From Paramecium tetraurelia (lineage: Eukaryota), in the NCBI GenBank assembly GCA_000165425.1, contig CT868585.1:124001-188000 (forward strand): a stretch of 64,000 nt of DNA, read 5' to 3'. The notes under the pieces are model-generated. The model was given only the letters and a program-made list of their open reading frames with translations. It ran no database searches and was not told the origin of the DNA. Each line of letters starts with the position of its first letter. Within the stretch, counting starts at the first letter, position 1. Below are positions 1-14,085 of the stretch, piece after piece. The translations under genes were made by a program, and so were the position numbers.

Positions 1-1665
1 GAATTCTATTTTTCTCTTTTTGAAGAATCTAAAAATCCAAGGCTCACTTGAAACTCCAAATTCTTGTGGAATTATCTCATGAAGATAAACACCCAGAAGG
101 CCAAATACAATGAAATTTACATAGAGTGAAATTATGCATCCTTATATCTCACTAGTCAAAGGACTTAATTAACTTATGCAACCTGTTTGAGCGCAAGCTG
201 AAATAATAATGTATAGATTTACCCATTGAGAAGATGTAGACAATTCTGTTGAAGGCTATTTGGGGTATCATTTATAAATAGATTGGTATCTCATAGGGAT
301 CTGGATAAATGGCGAGATTGGCAGTTAGTGCAATAATGGACCCCCAAACTGAGAGCAAATATCCAATAATGGTAGCTGTTCTGGCTTTGCTTACAAAGAC
401 TTGGAAGAAAAACGACAATGAAATCTAGCACAATCCCCATCCAGTTAAGACAATGACCTAATAAGATATTGAAAATGATTACAAGAAGTTTGAAATTAGT
501 ATCTGTAAGCAATGATATTCCTACCAGGTATATGCCTGTGAAGAGGAAGAGGGAGACAGGTTAATAGAGTCATCAATCCTGAGAATAGATATTACAATAT
601 CCAATAATCCTTCATTTTCATTCCATTCATTTTCATCATCTGCAAGAGTCTCTCCTCCTTCTCCAGGACTATTGCATACAAAAAGACAGGGAGTAAGAGA
701 GAAAGTGACAACGGATAGAGCATGGCTCCGAATGACATTGATCAATTTCAAGAGGAAAGCTTTTATCCTGTCCCTTGAGTGGCATGTATTCGATTCCGGA
801 GACCAGCCAAACATTGGGGTTGTGATAATGCAGCAAAGCTCTGGAGATGAGATCGATGGTTGCTATTTACCCTTCGGCCACTAACATCATGGTGTTGGTT
901 TTGTTGGGCTAGACCTTGTTTTGGTATCTAGAGAGAGGTTTGTTGATTGGGATTACCTTATCTTGGTTATGCCGTTGCTTCTGTGATACTCGTGCAATCT
1001 GATGTCATTTACTTGAATACTCATGTTGATCTTCTTTTCGTTAGCTTCGAAGAATGTGTATCCTCCGTCAGGAATTAGGTAGAGGTCTGACAAGTAATAT
1101 AAGATGCATACCTTGGAAGATCGGAGCCTCTCACAAAAGGCCACTGTGTGTAAATATTCTATTTGATGATAAATATCCTAATTTATTGTGCTATTGGGCT
1201 ACTATAGGAATGGCACGTTTTTAAATGCTAATTCATGGTCTTGTGTTTCGTAACTGCATCCCGGACGTTGGAGTATGTGTCGCAACAATCCAAGGGATCT
1301 TATTTTAATATGCACAATGCTTACTAATTTCCATCATTATAGCCCAAAAACTATTTGTCCTATTCTCGCAACTGGGAGCTGTTGAAGTAATACCTAGAAT
1401 AAAGTATCGTTTCGTACCATTGCAAACATGTCAAATTCAGTAATCCTGGCAATCCTGAGTATATGACAGGCACATTGAACAAATAGGGAAAATCCAATGA
1501 AAAATTGGCTCCTTTGAATTGGTCGAATGCCACCTCCTAAATCAAATATACAAATCCTAGACACAAGAGGGGAGTGAACATCTAACATAGATTGGTCCCA
1601 ATCTAGCGAGATTATAGAGCAGCATTTTTATAAAATAAAGCTCTAAATTAATAACTCTTCTTCAT
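1..1665 (-). CDS. ABCA-family ABC transporter, N-terminal part (runs off window start)
   Basis: Code-6 translation from ATG 1665: MKKSYQFRALFYKNAALQSRQIGTNLCQMFTP...; later LYPLSLSLLLPVFLYAIVLEKEERLLQMMKMNGMKMKDYW, typical of the first ABCA membrane domain. Confidence 0.85.
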
Positions 1666-1675
1666 TTAATTTAAT

Positions 1676-2476
1676 ATGCACTCTAACAATTACAAATCTA
1701 ACTTAAAGAACGATTTCAACGAATATTATTCTGGCCAATCAAACTCAACGCTTCCCAGATTTCAATTAATGAAGGAATTGTGTAAGGGTGGGGAATAGAT
1801 GCATGAATTCATTCCATTCATTCGAGAACGGGATCAGATGAATCGTTTGGTTCGCATCAATTCAGAGAAACATAAATTGCACACCAACACTTCCAGATCC
1901 CCCTCCAATAGAAATTGCACTCCTGATCAATTTTGGCAATACAACAAAAATCACATCATCCCAGAGAAGAGAAAAAAGATGAGCTTCAAATTCAACTATC
2001 AAATCAAAATTGACCATAAAACTGAGTATCCCTTCCTGTCTCTCACTCCTCAATAGGGCAATGTTGAAACTTCCCAGTCCAAAAACCGAAAGAACTCTAA
2101 TTTACCCTCCCATTGAAACAAAGAAGAGGGGGAATAACCGATTGATCAATCCTAATTTAACTGCACGGCAGAGTGAGGAACCGAGGAAACAGCAGATGAA
2201 GATTCCGCTAGAGATTCTGCAGCCCTACATAAACCAGGAGATGGAACAGATGAAACAAGATCTCTTTTTTAAAGTAGATTAAGATTATCAATTCCCCAGT
2301 GATTTGAGTGAGAAATTGATGCAACAAAAAAAGTAATTATCGAATATTAATTGTCTTTCTTAAGACATATAGAGAATCTGAGAAAAAGACTCAGGGAGTG
2401 GGGTGAAATGAAAACCGAAGAAGATATTGAAGATTTGAAACAGCATGCTAAATTCATACTTTCTAAGAATTCTTGA
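1676..2476 (+). CDS. hypothetical protein (2 short introns)
   Basis: ATG 1676 is in frame with ORF 1799; GT-AG introns at ~2026-2056 and ~2333-2364 join the frames; ends SKNS-TGA. Confidence 0.7.
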
Positions 2477-2501
2477 TTAGTTATATAATTGAAATAATTT
2501 A

Positions 2502-3444
2502 ATGAGCATTATTGATTCAGTAGAGTCTTTCGATTGGATTCACGAAATAGCAAGTAACGAACAAAGATAAGTGGAAAGGAGAATAGTCCTTTATCTTCAG
2601 GGTTTGGGATTGCAATATCGAACAGAATCAACAAAGAAGTAGGACCAGTATTTTTTAAGAGAATTTCTCCTTCAACATCAATCTAAACTCATTACAGATG
2701 AGAAGACAATGACCTTTCTTTTGAAAATCATTTTTCTCTATTTCTATATTTTGAGATATAAGAATGTAAACACATCACTTACTTGCTACTCTAAGAATTG
2801 AAAAACCAACCTAAAAACCACAATTCTTGAAAATCCTCCAGGATCACAACATCGTCAATTGCAACAACGAACAAATCGAATTGGCTTGGCAACATTGTCA
2901 ATTTAAAGAATACAAATAAGTTATAGATGTTTTGCAATAACAAAGAATGAGGAGCATTTCCTTGAATTCCCAGAAAATTTAAACCAAATTACAACCCCTC
3001 GTATCGATCTTCGATAAAATGGATAATATAAGGAAAAGAGATGGCGATGAAAAAGATATTAATAAATAATTGAGTGCCTTGAAATTCGAAGCCGAACGGA
3101 AACTAAAAGATTTCATCAATGAATCCTGTTTGGACCGCAGCTTCACTCAGGTCTTACAAGAAAAGATAGTTGAATTTCAGGGAGAAAGAAATAAATTAAA
3201 TGAAGAATAAGGCAAAGAAGGTAGTTAAAAAGCATAACAAAGATTGATCGATCGACAAAAGCTTAAATCTGCAAAATTGCACCAATAAATTTAGTTCGTC
3301 CTGCATAATGATGACAACAAAGTGAGGGCATAGGCAATCTGTACCAAATTGCTTAATACTTCAGTTCCTAGATACAAATCAACATTGAATGATAAATAAG
3401 AATAAAGAATAAATAAAATAATGAATACTAAGTTTTTATTATGA
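2502..3444 (+). CDS. hypothetical protein
   Basis: MSIIDSVESFDWIHEIASNEQRQVERRIVLYLQGL..., one short intron near 2767, ends TKFLL-TGA. Confidence 0.7.
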
Positions 3445-3456
3445 ACACTTACTTAA

Positions 3457-4878
<1,422 letters not shown>

Positions 4879-5029
4879 TTATTATATCATGATTAATTTG
4901 ATAAATATATTTAAAATATGATCAATCAAAAAATAGAATCCTATTTATCATTTAAATATAACTAAATAAATTTGAAATAATATGAAAAAATAATATTTCT
5001 GTACTTTTTATTGATTATATTTCACTTAT

Positions 5030-5993
5030 TCAGCCAATTAAATAGCTTAATTCATAGTCAGTTTTTAATGATTGATCGACGACAGTTGTATTTTTGTTGT
5101 GATACTCCTGAATATCTACTAAATTATCTCCAACAACTTAATCATAGCCAGTGTTCTCAAGAGCCTTATAATTGGCTATCAATTTGGTTAAGTTAATGTA
5201 TGAGGGACAATATAATTGTTGTCCAATAATGCAGTTGTTGGTTGGATGAATGATCTTTTTGAGTTTATAATAAACAAATTACCTTTTCAATAAAAGAACT
5301 ATTAGTTTGAGCTCTATGGTTGACGCTCTACTCAATTAAATGAATAATGGAGTTGAAATCTATATGCTTGTGTCCTTTGGCCAAGAGCAATTTGCCAGCA
5401 TGATCGCCTGCAAGAACTCTGGCGACAATTGCCTCTAAATCTCCAGTGAAGATTGGGGCACATGATTGTCCTGTGCTTTTGATGTAAATGCTTTGATTAT
5501 TTTATATTCTCTAAGCAATTTAATTAGTAAATGTGCTTTAAGGTCCGAAAGTAATATCAGATCTGATTCCAACTAATTGAGGGATGGAGCGACGACCTTC
5601 AACTTCCAAATGTTTCCATTCATCAATTTCTTCCTAATGATCATGTTCGACTGGAGCAACATAAGCCGCAGTTTTGTAGTTTCTGGTTTTGACCAAATCT
5701 AGAGAGGCTACCAACAAGTTTTTTTTGGATGCTGTTACTTAGTAATAGTCATGACTCACATAAAGGAGATTGTTGGCTTATTTGATTACATCATGGAGAT
5801 CTTGACGATCACCCACTTTGAATAACTCTATTTTGGTTGAGAATTATTGCTTGAATTTAAGTAATCTTTGAACTGTGAAGTATGTTGGGAAGATATCAGC
5901 ACAAATGATCTTTTCATACTTACCACTTTCAGCAGCTACTTTTAAGAATCCTTAAGCAATTCTATTACTAGCATTTAGAATCAAGAGAGACAT
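5030..5993 (-). CDS. Rossmann-fold (NmrA/SDR-like) protein, probably mitochondrial
   Basis: MSLLILNASNRIAQGFLKVAAESGKYEKIICADIFP...IRSDITFGP; one 28-nt intron gives 311 aa. Confidence 0.65.
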
Positions 5994-6052
5994 ATCAAAT
6001 AAATAATTATATTTAGGATTTAATATCTAAGTAAGTATATATACACTTAATC

Positions 6053-9000
6053 TCAAAATCCTCCACTCTTTCTTGTTCGTATCAAGTAACACTTGAATTC
6101 ATCCACTAACTTAGTCATTTATTATGCCTCTCTTTGCTTCTGCAATTTCTGTTCTCTTTAAATTTGGAATTGTTTCTATCGCTAATCGAAGCTTTCGAAA
6201 TTATGAACCTTCCTCGGTGTATGATGAGGATTCAATAGAGTTTGTTGTCTAATCAATACACTTAATCATCATACATGTGACGAATGAATGAATCATCATC
6301 AAAATAATCCAACTCACTTTTAGGAGCTATCTTGACTTGAACTGTATTCTATTAAATGCTCAACATTGGTTGTCTTTTACTCGTGTTTCTCCTTTCCATC
6401 TCTTCGACCACTTTTTACACAATGAAATCAACATATCTATCCTAATCAAAACTAGAAAGAGAATTGTTATTTGAACAAACAGTGGGAGTCTTTGATATTT
6501 TTAAATAAGGTTATCTATTTTCCTGCACCTCTTCATTTGGCAATTTCAGGAATACTTCCTTTATATTTATTTCATCCTATCTTTCATCCATTATTGATGA
6601 GTTGCTTTCCTCTGTGCTCGTTTACTTGTCTTGTTTCTATTCTTTCTGACAAGTATGGAACTGTTTAATAAATTGTCGAACCTGAGGACTAACAGAATCT
6701 CTATAGTGCTTCATATCAGTTAATAATTTGTTATTAAATTATAAAATAGTAGCAGAATTCATATCAATTTTCTCGCCAACATTATCGTCTTTGCAATTTA
6801 CTTCAATGACTTCTTTGGCTTTCTCAATAACCCTTAATCCTTCTTTTTCTATTTTATAGTTATATTTTAATTTTACTTATCTACTATATTGTGATTAGAG
6901 CTATTGTGTAAATGGCAAAAACTATTTGATTCGATTTGGGTTGAGTTGCAATTTGAATCTTCTTATGTCCTCAATGTCTATTACATAATATGAGATATAT
7001 TCTTAATAGACATTTGAATCGTATAAAGTATCAATGTTTGGTTTAACTTAATTGCCTTACTAAAATGCATTATACTCTTTTAAAACTATTGAAATATTAT
7101 TATGAGGATAAAAGATATTGTAATCATATCCTTACTCAAAGTCATTGAGTATTTCATCGCTTTTCCTCAGTTCTGATTGCTAACCTCCATTATACTTCTG
7201 TACTTCCTCCTTGAATATTTAATAATCAGCCATAATGTCATCCATCTTGTTTTAGATATAGGTTCCACATTCACTATCTTCGTCACTTTCAAGATGATTC
7301 CTAAATTGGTTGATACTTGGTATTATAGAATTGTCACTATTGTTCGATGATATAATCGCTTAAGAGAGACTCTTGGTTAAACTAAATATTTCCTACTGTT
7401 TAATTTGTATTTATTGTATCTATTTTTATGATTTTTTCAGTGATTATTACCAATTCCTCCTCCTATTCCTATCTTCCTTAAATTTAGACTTAAGTTTCAA
7501 ACCTTTCTTTATAGACTCATCTTCTATTCCATTTTATATCAAATCATCAACATTGCATTCTTCCTTTAAGTAATTATGAATCGAAATTTTCATCTGAAAA
7601 CTCTCCACTTTGCTTACTATTTCCAGTTTATTTTTTCTGGCATTATAATTTATTCTGTCAATTCTCACAAAATCTTTCATAATTGCTTAGAGGCATCTAG
7701 TCTTAGTCTTCTGATACGCATATAAATCAACTACAAAGTGTAAAGAAGGACAATCTTTTATTACATGTCCTGGCAAATCACAAGAATAGCAGTGAATATC
7801 TAAAACTTAGAGCTGATTCTTATTAACCTCAGAGTTAATAAAGAAGAATTTTTCTCTGTCTTCGGGAAATTAAGATAATAAATCAATGAAATTCTATCTT
7901 TTTAATACAAAAACATCAGTAAATCCATTACTTTTAGCAGATGCTGTTCTTTCAGTATTACCAAAAAAACTGATTTACCCAAAAACATCTTTATTTGACA
8001 ATCTAGCTACTATTTATCTTGTTTTAATTAAAATAATATTAATTTATCCTTCTTAAATAAAATAGAGTGATTATTCATTCTTGATCTCATTTTCCAAGAA
8101 GACATATTCATCAGGTTGAATAGTTTATTCAATTAAAATTTGTGTCAACTCAATCAACAGTTTCCTAGAAAAAGTTTAACAAATTAATTTATAATTAGCC
8201 AATATAGTTCCATTGACTTGTATGGTGAATTCAAATTTCAAGGAAGTTGAAAGATTTTGACAAATCGACTCCAAGTTTATACTACGATGTGAGTCCCAAA
8301 GGTATTACAAATATCGTCTCACTTGATTCTATAATTGTTTCGGAATCTTAACTTTTCCCATATAACCATTGATCTCTGCTATCCTCCTTTAATATTGATC
8401 CTTTTTTTAACTGAGTTATTGCATAGTATTACCAATGGTATTCATGGTAAATGAGAAGACCCCACAAGCAATCAACAGAAAAAACACTCCAAAAAATCTC
8501 TCTAAGGGAGTTTAAGGTGAAAGATCCCCATAACCAACTGTAATCATGGTAGTGACAGCCCAATACAAAGAATTAATATACCTAACTTACCAAGGTTGAT
8601 CATATATTCCATAAATTGTCAGCCAATTATAGGAAGAGTCTTCACTCTGAGCAATAAAATGAAATATGCAACCTAGCCAATGTGACCAAAACAATACAAA
8701 GCCGCATAATTTCAAAAAGCTCGCTATGGTTTAGATAGCAGAATTATCTGAGAAGTATTCCTCTATTTTATCGACGATGACTTTCAATTTGGCCAACCTC
8801 AATAACCTGATTACTTTGATGAATCTAAAGAATTTTAAAACCCTTAGGATTTAAGCACTTTTTTAGAGATTTGCATGTTGGGTGGAAATTTCATCCTCTG
8901 CATCCCCTGTTACAGCTAAGGTAAAGAATAAATCATAAGGAAATGATGCGATTATGTCAATCCAAAACCATAATTTCAAGTACTCAATTGCTATTATTTT

Positions 9001-9591
9001 ATAGGAATAGTTGATATTGCCATTCTTGTAGATGGCAGTATTAAAGGTAAGTATGATATCCAGCAAGAAGGCTGCTGTAATAACATAACCGAATTCACTA
9101 CTAACTTCTATATCAAAACTAATTCTGATTGGAATTGTAATAATTTCATACAGAATTAAAATCATACAAAAAAAATCCCAAAGTATTTTGATTGTGCTAT
9201 CTGGATTAATTGTAAACCAATAATTTTAAACTTATGTGTTTTTTCTCTTCATATCTAGTCTCTGATTCTCACTCTATGAAGATTTAGTGAGCTCCTTCAT
9301 TTTTTCATTTCTTTCCCTTTCATCTAGATCAATGTCGTCAAAAGGAAGAAATTTTTAATCAATGTCTTACAATCTAGATTCCAATTTAATGATTTCAGTA
9401 TAAATAGATTTATCAGCCAGAATTAGTTGTTCATTGAGACTAAGAATAGTGGGATCTTGGTGATCATTATTGCATTATTTAATAAACTCAATTTACTTGA
9501 ATTCTTAGTCTCCTCTGTTGGATAAAATAGCTTAATGTTCATTCGGCACTCTGGCAGAATATTAATCAACTTCCATGTAGTTTGATGTCAT
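6053..9591 (-). CDS. cyclic-nucleotide-binding-domain (EAG/CNG-like) K+ channel
   Basis: S4 RFIKVIRLLRLAKLK, pore YWAVTTMITVGYGD (~8530), CNBD FGQISFF...RTASA, C-terminal CYSCDLPGHVIKDCP. Confidence 0.93.
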
Positions 9592-9620
9592 TTGATTTGT
9601 AAATATTATCAATATCAATA

Positions 9621-10439
9621 TCATTATGAAATTACAAATATCATTATGGCAACCCTTATGATGACTCCAAAATTATCTGGATTTGGTGGACTGGGGGGAC
9701 CATTGCATTTTTAACAAGTCTTTGAATTGGGATTCCAAAGGTATGAATACTGAGTGTCAATGAAACAAGTTGCTTCATTTAAATCGTTTGGCATTGCCTC
9801 AACACAACGACTGTCTTCCCACTTACATAATTATACAGATTAAGGATGGTCAAATGGATCGAATGCGTGAATGTACTAACAACTACTTGAATCGGTTAAA
9901 TCTGAGCATTTCTTTTGGACACATTTGGAGCTGGACACCTTGCATGAATGTATATTTAAGATGCATTTCATGAATTCAAATTCCCCTTTGATCTAATCAA
10001 TGTCGCTGCATTATTTTATAACCTAACACTTGTCACCAATAAATCCACATTCTCCCTCTTTTCCTTCCTGATAATTGCAATCCTCCTCATTATAATCAGA
10101 ACAACTTGGAATAACCTTGTTTTAGCATTTTTTTCCATCCAATGACGTACATAAAATTGAAATGGCTTCGCATGAACTCTTATCACCGACATAATTATCG
10201 CAACTAGTGAATTTAGTGCATTTTCCTTCCAAATAGGCACAATTTGTATCATATGGACAATCAATTGGTGATTCTATTGAACAGTCTTATATGTCGATGC
10301 ATTTGTTATTATCCCAATAACAATAACTTACTTCATTACAATCATAATCCACGAGTAATTCTTCGCAAACGCATTTGGTTACAACATCAATATAAGTTGA
10401 TGATACAATTGAGAATATAAACGATAGATATACAAACAT
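9621..10439 (-). CDS. cysteine-rich surface protein (mini-antigen-like), signal peptide plus hydrophobic C-terminus
   Basis: MFVYLSFIFSIVSSTYIDVVTKCVCEELL...CYWDNNKC; periodic Cys/Trp repeats; 272 aa intronless; ends FGVIIRVAIMIFVISQ. Confidence 0.85.
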
Positions 10440-10451
10440 TAATTAAATCAA

Positions 10452-11171
10452 TCATTATTTTTTGTGCTTTATAATACCTAATTTACTCAATCTTGTGTAA
10501 ACTTATTACTTTTCATCGGTAGTATGTATTTTATGAATGGCCATCGCGTAGTGTTACAAACCAGCTGATGAGATCACCAATAATCTATTAAAGAAGTGTT
10601 TGAAAAGACCCTTTAACTCATCGTTTTTATCTTCGATATAATTCTTGTATGTGAAGTTGAAGGTCTAACCCTTCTCTAGTTTCTCCCTCTTGGCTTCCTA
10701 GAGCTACTTTTCTAATTACAACAATTTTTCGTCATTCTTTTACAACAGGTCATTTTTCTTCTATTCTAATTTTTTATAGATAGCTGCCTTCTCCTTATAT
10801 TCAGTCAGAGCCCTCTTTTGAGTTTCTACTGCCCTTTAACCGTCGGTTAAACTTGGGATTATCTTGGTCCTTATCAATTTAGCGATGCCTTTGTCCTAAT
10901 CCTCATTTATCCTTTCTTTAATCTTTGAGTTAACTTCTTAGATAGCTGATTTTAGTTCATCAAGCATGTCCATCAAGGCTGGTGTGTCTTAAAATGGTTC
11001 TTTAGCAAGGCCACTCAAAAATTCAGACAATTAATGATAAGCCTGACATCGATCCATCTCCACCTTCAGAATCTTTTCAAATTAAACTCGAAGATCCAAA
11101 CAAAATCTGTCGTCTTTGCATAAACTTTAGTATATTTCCTCAAATTATTGTTCAGATGTTTCAACCTGCAT
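10452..11171 (-). CDS. helical coiled-coil protein, BAR-like; paralog of 11634-12311
   Basis: 239-aa intronless ORF; C-terminal KHFFNRLLVISSAGLQHYA resembles KHFLNMQMYCCAAGLQSFS of the neighbour. Confidence 0.7.
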
Positions 11172-11226
11172 ATGAATAATTTATTTAAAATAGATTAGTA
11201 AGAGAATAAAATACAAATCATGAATT

Positions 11227-11601
11227 TCATTTTACTATCTTCTCCATGCAAATCTTAAAATTTTCAAAATCCTATTACTCCTAGAACCACACATTGAATA
11301 CCTTTGATTATTCATCTTAAAAATTAAAATAAAACCATTGTGTGCCTTTGCTCAATTCAAATGTGAAGCCCTTTTTTATCGTCCTTATGAAATCTTACGT
11401 TGAGTTTTGATTTAGAATAATGAATACAAATTGATCACTTAATTTTATTAAGAAGAAGGGTCCTTGAAATCCAGCCTGATGCCACAACTAAGTACACTTG
11501 TCAAACTCATTCAAACTAGTGAATTTGCCAGTATACAAGATCTGTTCCAAAGTTGGAAACAATCTCTTTAAATAAGAGAAATTAATTTGATCTCGTTACA
11601 T
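11227..11601 (-). CDS. DCP1: mRNA decapping activator Dcp1-like EVH1 domain protein
   Basis: MQRDQINFSYLKRLFPTLEQILYTGKFTSLNEFD...WHQAGFQGPFFL...FIILNQNSTQDF follows the Dcp1 pattern; 124 aa. Confidence 0.75.
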
Positions 11602-11633
11602 TAAATAAATAAATATATATATATTATTATTAT

Positions 11634-12311
11634 TCATTTGCTTCTTTAATTACCTAACAATTTACTTAAGAAAATCTCTGCATCTTTTTTAACTTCCTGC
11701 TCCCTATTATGAATTTCTTAAGCACTTTTTGAGAAACTTTGAAGTCCAGCTGCACAACAATACATCTGCATATTCAGAAAGTGCTTCCACATTGAACAGA
11801 ATTCTTGATTTTTCTCATTAATATAAATCTAATATTAAGTATTCAGTGTTTATCCTGCCAACATCTTCTCCTTCTTTGCTTATTCATAAGCTTGATAGGT
11901 CTCCTTTTACTTCGCAGGCTCTGTGTTCTTCCTCTTTTAATCTCTATCAGCTTCTATAGCTGTTTTGGCTTTATAATCATCCAATAATTTCTACTTCGTC
12001 TTAATCTGCTCCAATTGTCCATTCAAACTTAATATTATTTTAGTCTTAATCAAGTCGACATACTCCATATTCTTCTTTTATCCCACACTCATTGACTCCG
12101 CCACCAGAGAAACCACTTCTGCTAATTTTGGTATTTCTGAAATCAGTTATTTTTGAATCTTTTTCAAACATTCAATTAATTCCTTATTGGCTTAATCCAC
12201 CTTTTCCAGAGCCTGAGCTAGTAAATTAAAAAACCCACTAAGATCTTCGAATGCCTTCTTATCGTTATTAAGACTTAGATTGATTTCTTCATGCTATATA
12301 TTTGTTGCCAT
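11634..12311 (-). CDS. helical coiled-coil protein, BAR-like; paralog of 10452-11171
   Basis: 225-aa intronless ORF MATNIQHEEINLSL...NQRSK-TGA. Confidence 0.7.
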
Positions 12312-13327
12312 CTCAATTCCAATTCAGAATGAATATTTATATTATAAAATTAAATTATGCAAACTTAGCTTGTTCAAACATACTTTTACCAATCATTAAA
12401 CATAATATTCAATTTTAAGAGAGATCATATACGTAAAGTGTAAATTCATAGTTGAAATCAAAGTATTAGCAATTTTACTGAAAAGTCACTAAACTTATTA
12501 TTATACTTACTTATTGAAATCATTAGAATAAAGTAATCAAAAGGATCTGAAATTAAATTAATGAAAACATTGCTGAACTATCTCTCAAAATATTCATAAA
12601 AAGATTGCTTAAATTATTATAAATTTTTTGATCCTGGATTGTAAATGTAAAAGCCATTATGGAAGTTTATAAAGGGAAAGTTAAGTCTCGTTTTTGAAAA
12701 TCCAAAAAGAATACTCAGAATAGAATTACTTTTTTTGTATAAATTTATTTTATTTTGATTTATGATTATAATTGGGGATGTCTAAACTCTGCTTTATTAA
12801 ATCATAAATAATCATTTAATATATACAATTGAGATCTAATATTTTCATTCAGTAATATTGACCATAACAAGTAAGAATTGTAAACAATCAAAATAGAAGA
12901 CATGCTTAAGACTAATTTGGTCTAATAAATAAGGAATCTTAAAATACAAAAGACAGATTATTTGAATAAAGACTAAATAATATTTTTCACTATCTATAGC
13001 TTTTAAAAATAGTCAACTATCAAAAAATCAATTCAAATATTAAGCAGCATTCATTTTTTATAGTATATATAAACAAACAATATGGATATCACATTTAATC
13101 TAAAAAACAAAATCTTCCCTTGGTTTTACCAATATTTCTTCTAATAATTGGGTTTTCTTGTTAAGACAAATGAACTATGGCAATAAGTCTAACATATTTT
13201 CCTGGATGGTTTATACAGACAAAGTAGAATACATGCATTAAGTGCGGAGTTCTTATGTATTCTATTATAAAATTAGTATTTATATCCTTAATACCTCAAT
13301 TTATTAAGGGAATTAATTAATATTAAC

Positions 13328-14059
13328 ATGAGTTCGAAGCGAAAGTAAGTAAAAATGGAGTCAGAGAAAAAGGTGAAGCAAGAGGAGTCAAACTATGAAG
13401 ATTCATTTAATGAGTCGAATGATGAAGAACCTAAGAGTACTGGGAAATAGAAAACTCGACATGACAATTCATTATCTGTGCTCACAAAAAAGTTTGTTGA
13501 ATTAATTAGGAATTCCGAAGAGTTGACAATCGATTTGAATGTGGCTGTCAATGATCTGGGGGTTTAAAAAAGAAGAATTTACGATATTACAAATGTATTA
13601 GAGGGGATTGGTTATATTGAGAAAATCTCTAAAAACAAGATCAAATGGGTTGGAGCCACGGATGATCCTTAATTGGAAACTGAGCTTCGTTAAATAAAAT
13701 AAGAATTGGAAGCCTTGCAAGATGAAGAGAAAACAATTGATTATTGGATAGAGTACTTGCAAAAGAATCTGTAAGAGAAGTTCCAGAGTGATCCAGAAGT
13801 GGCTAAGTACACCTTTCTCACTCATGATGACTTCAAAGAATTATCGAAGAGTTAGCAGACTGATCATAAGGGAGAGGCGCTTTTTATAATAACAGCGCCA
13901 AAAGGAACATCCGTAGAAACTCCCCAAGAAAACAACCCTGAATACCCATATCAGGTTTACTTGAATAGTTCCAAAGTACAAGGACAGAATAACGAAATTT
14001 AAGTGTATATTTGTTCTGACGAGAATTACCCAATTGAATATGAGAAGAAGCAAAAATGA
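13328..14059 (+). CDS. E2F: E2F-family transcription factor
   Basis: [17 protein letters not shown]...[39 protein letters not shown], followed by a coiled-coil/marked-box region (IITAPKGT). Confidence 0.95.
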
Positions 14060-14085
14060 CACATATTTTATCTAATATAATTTTA

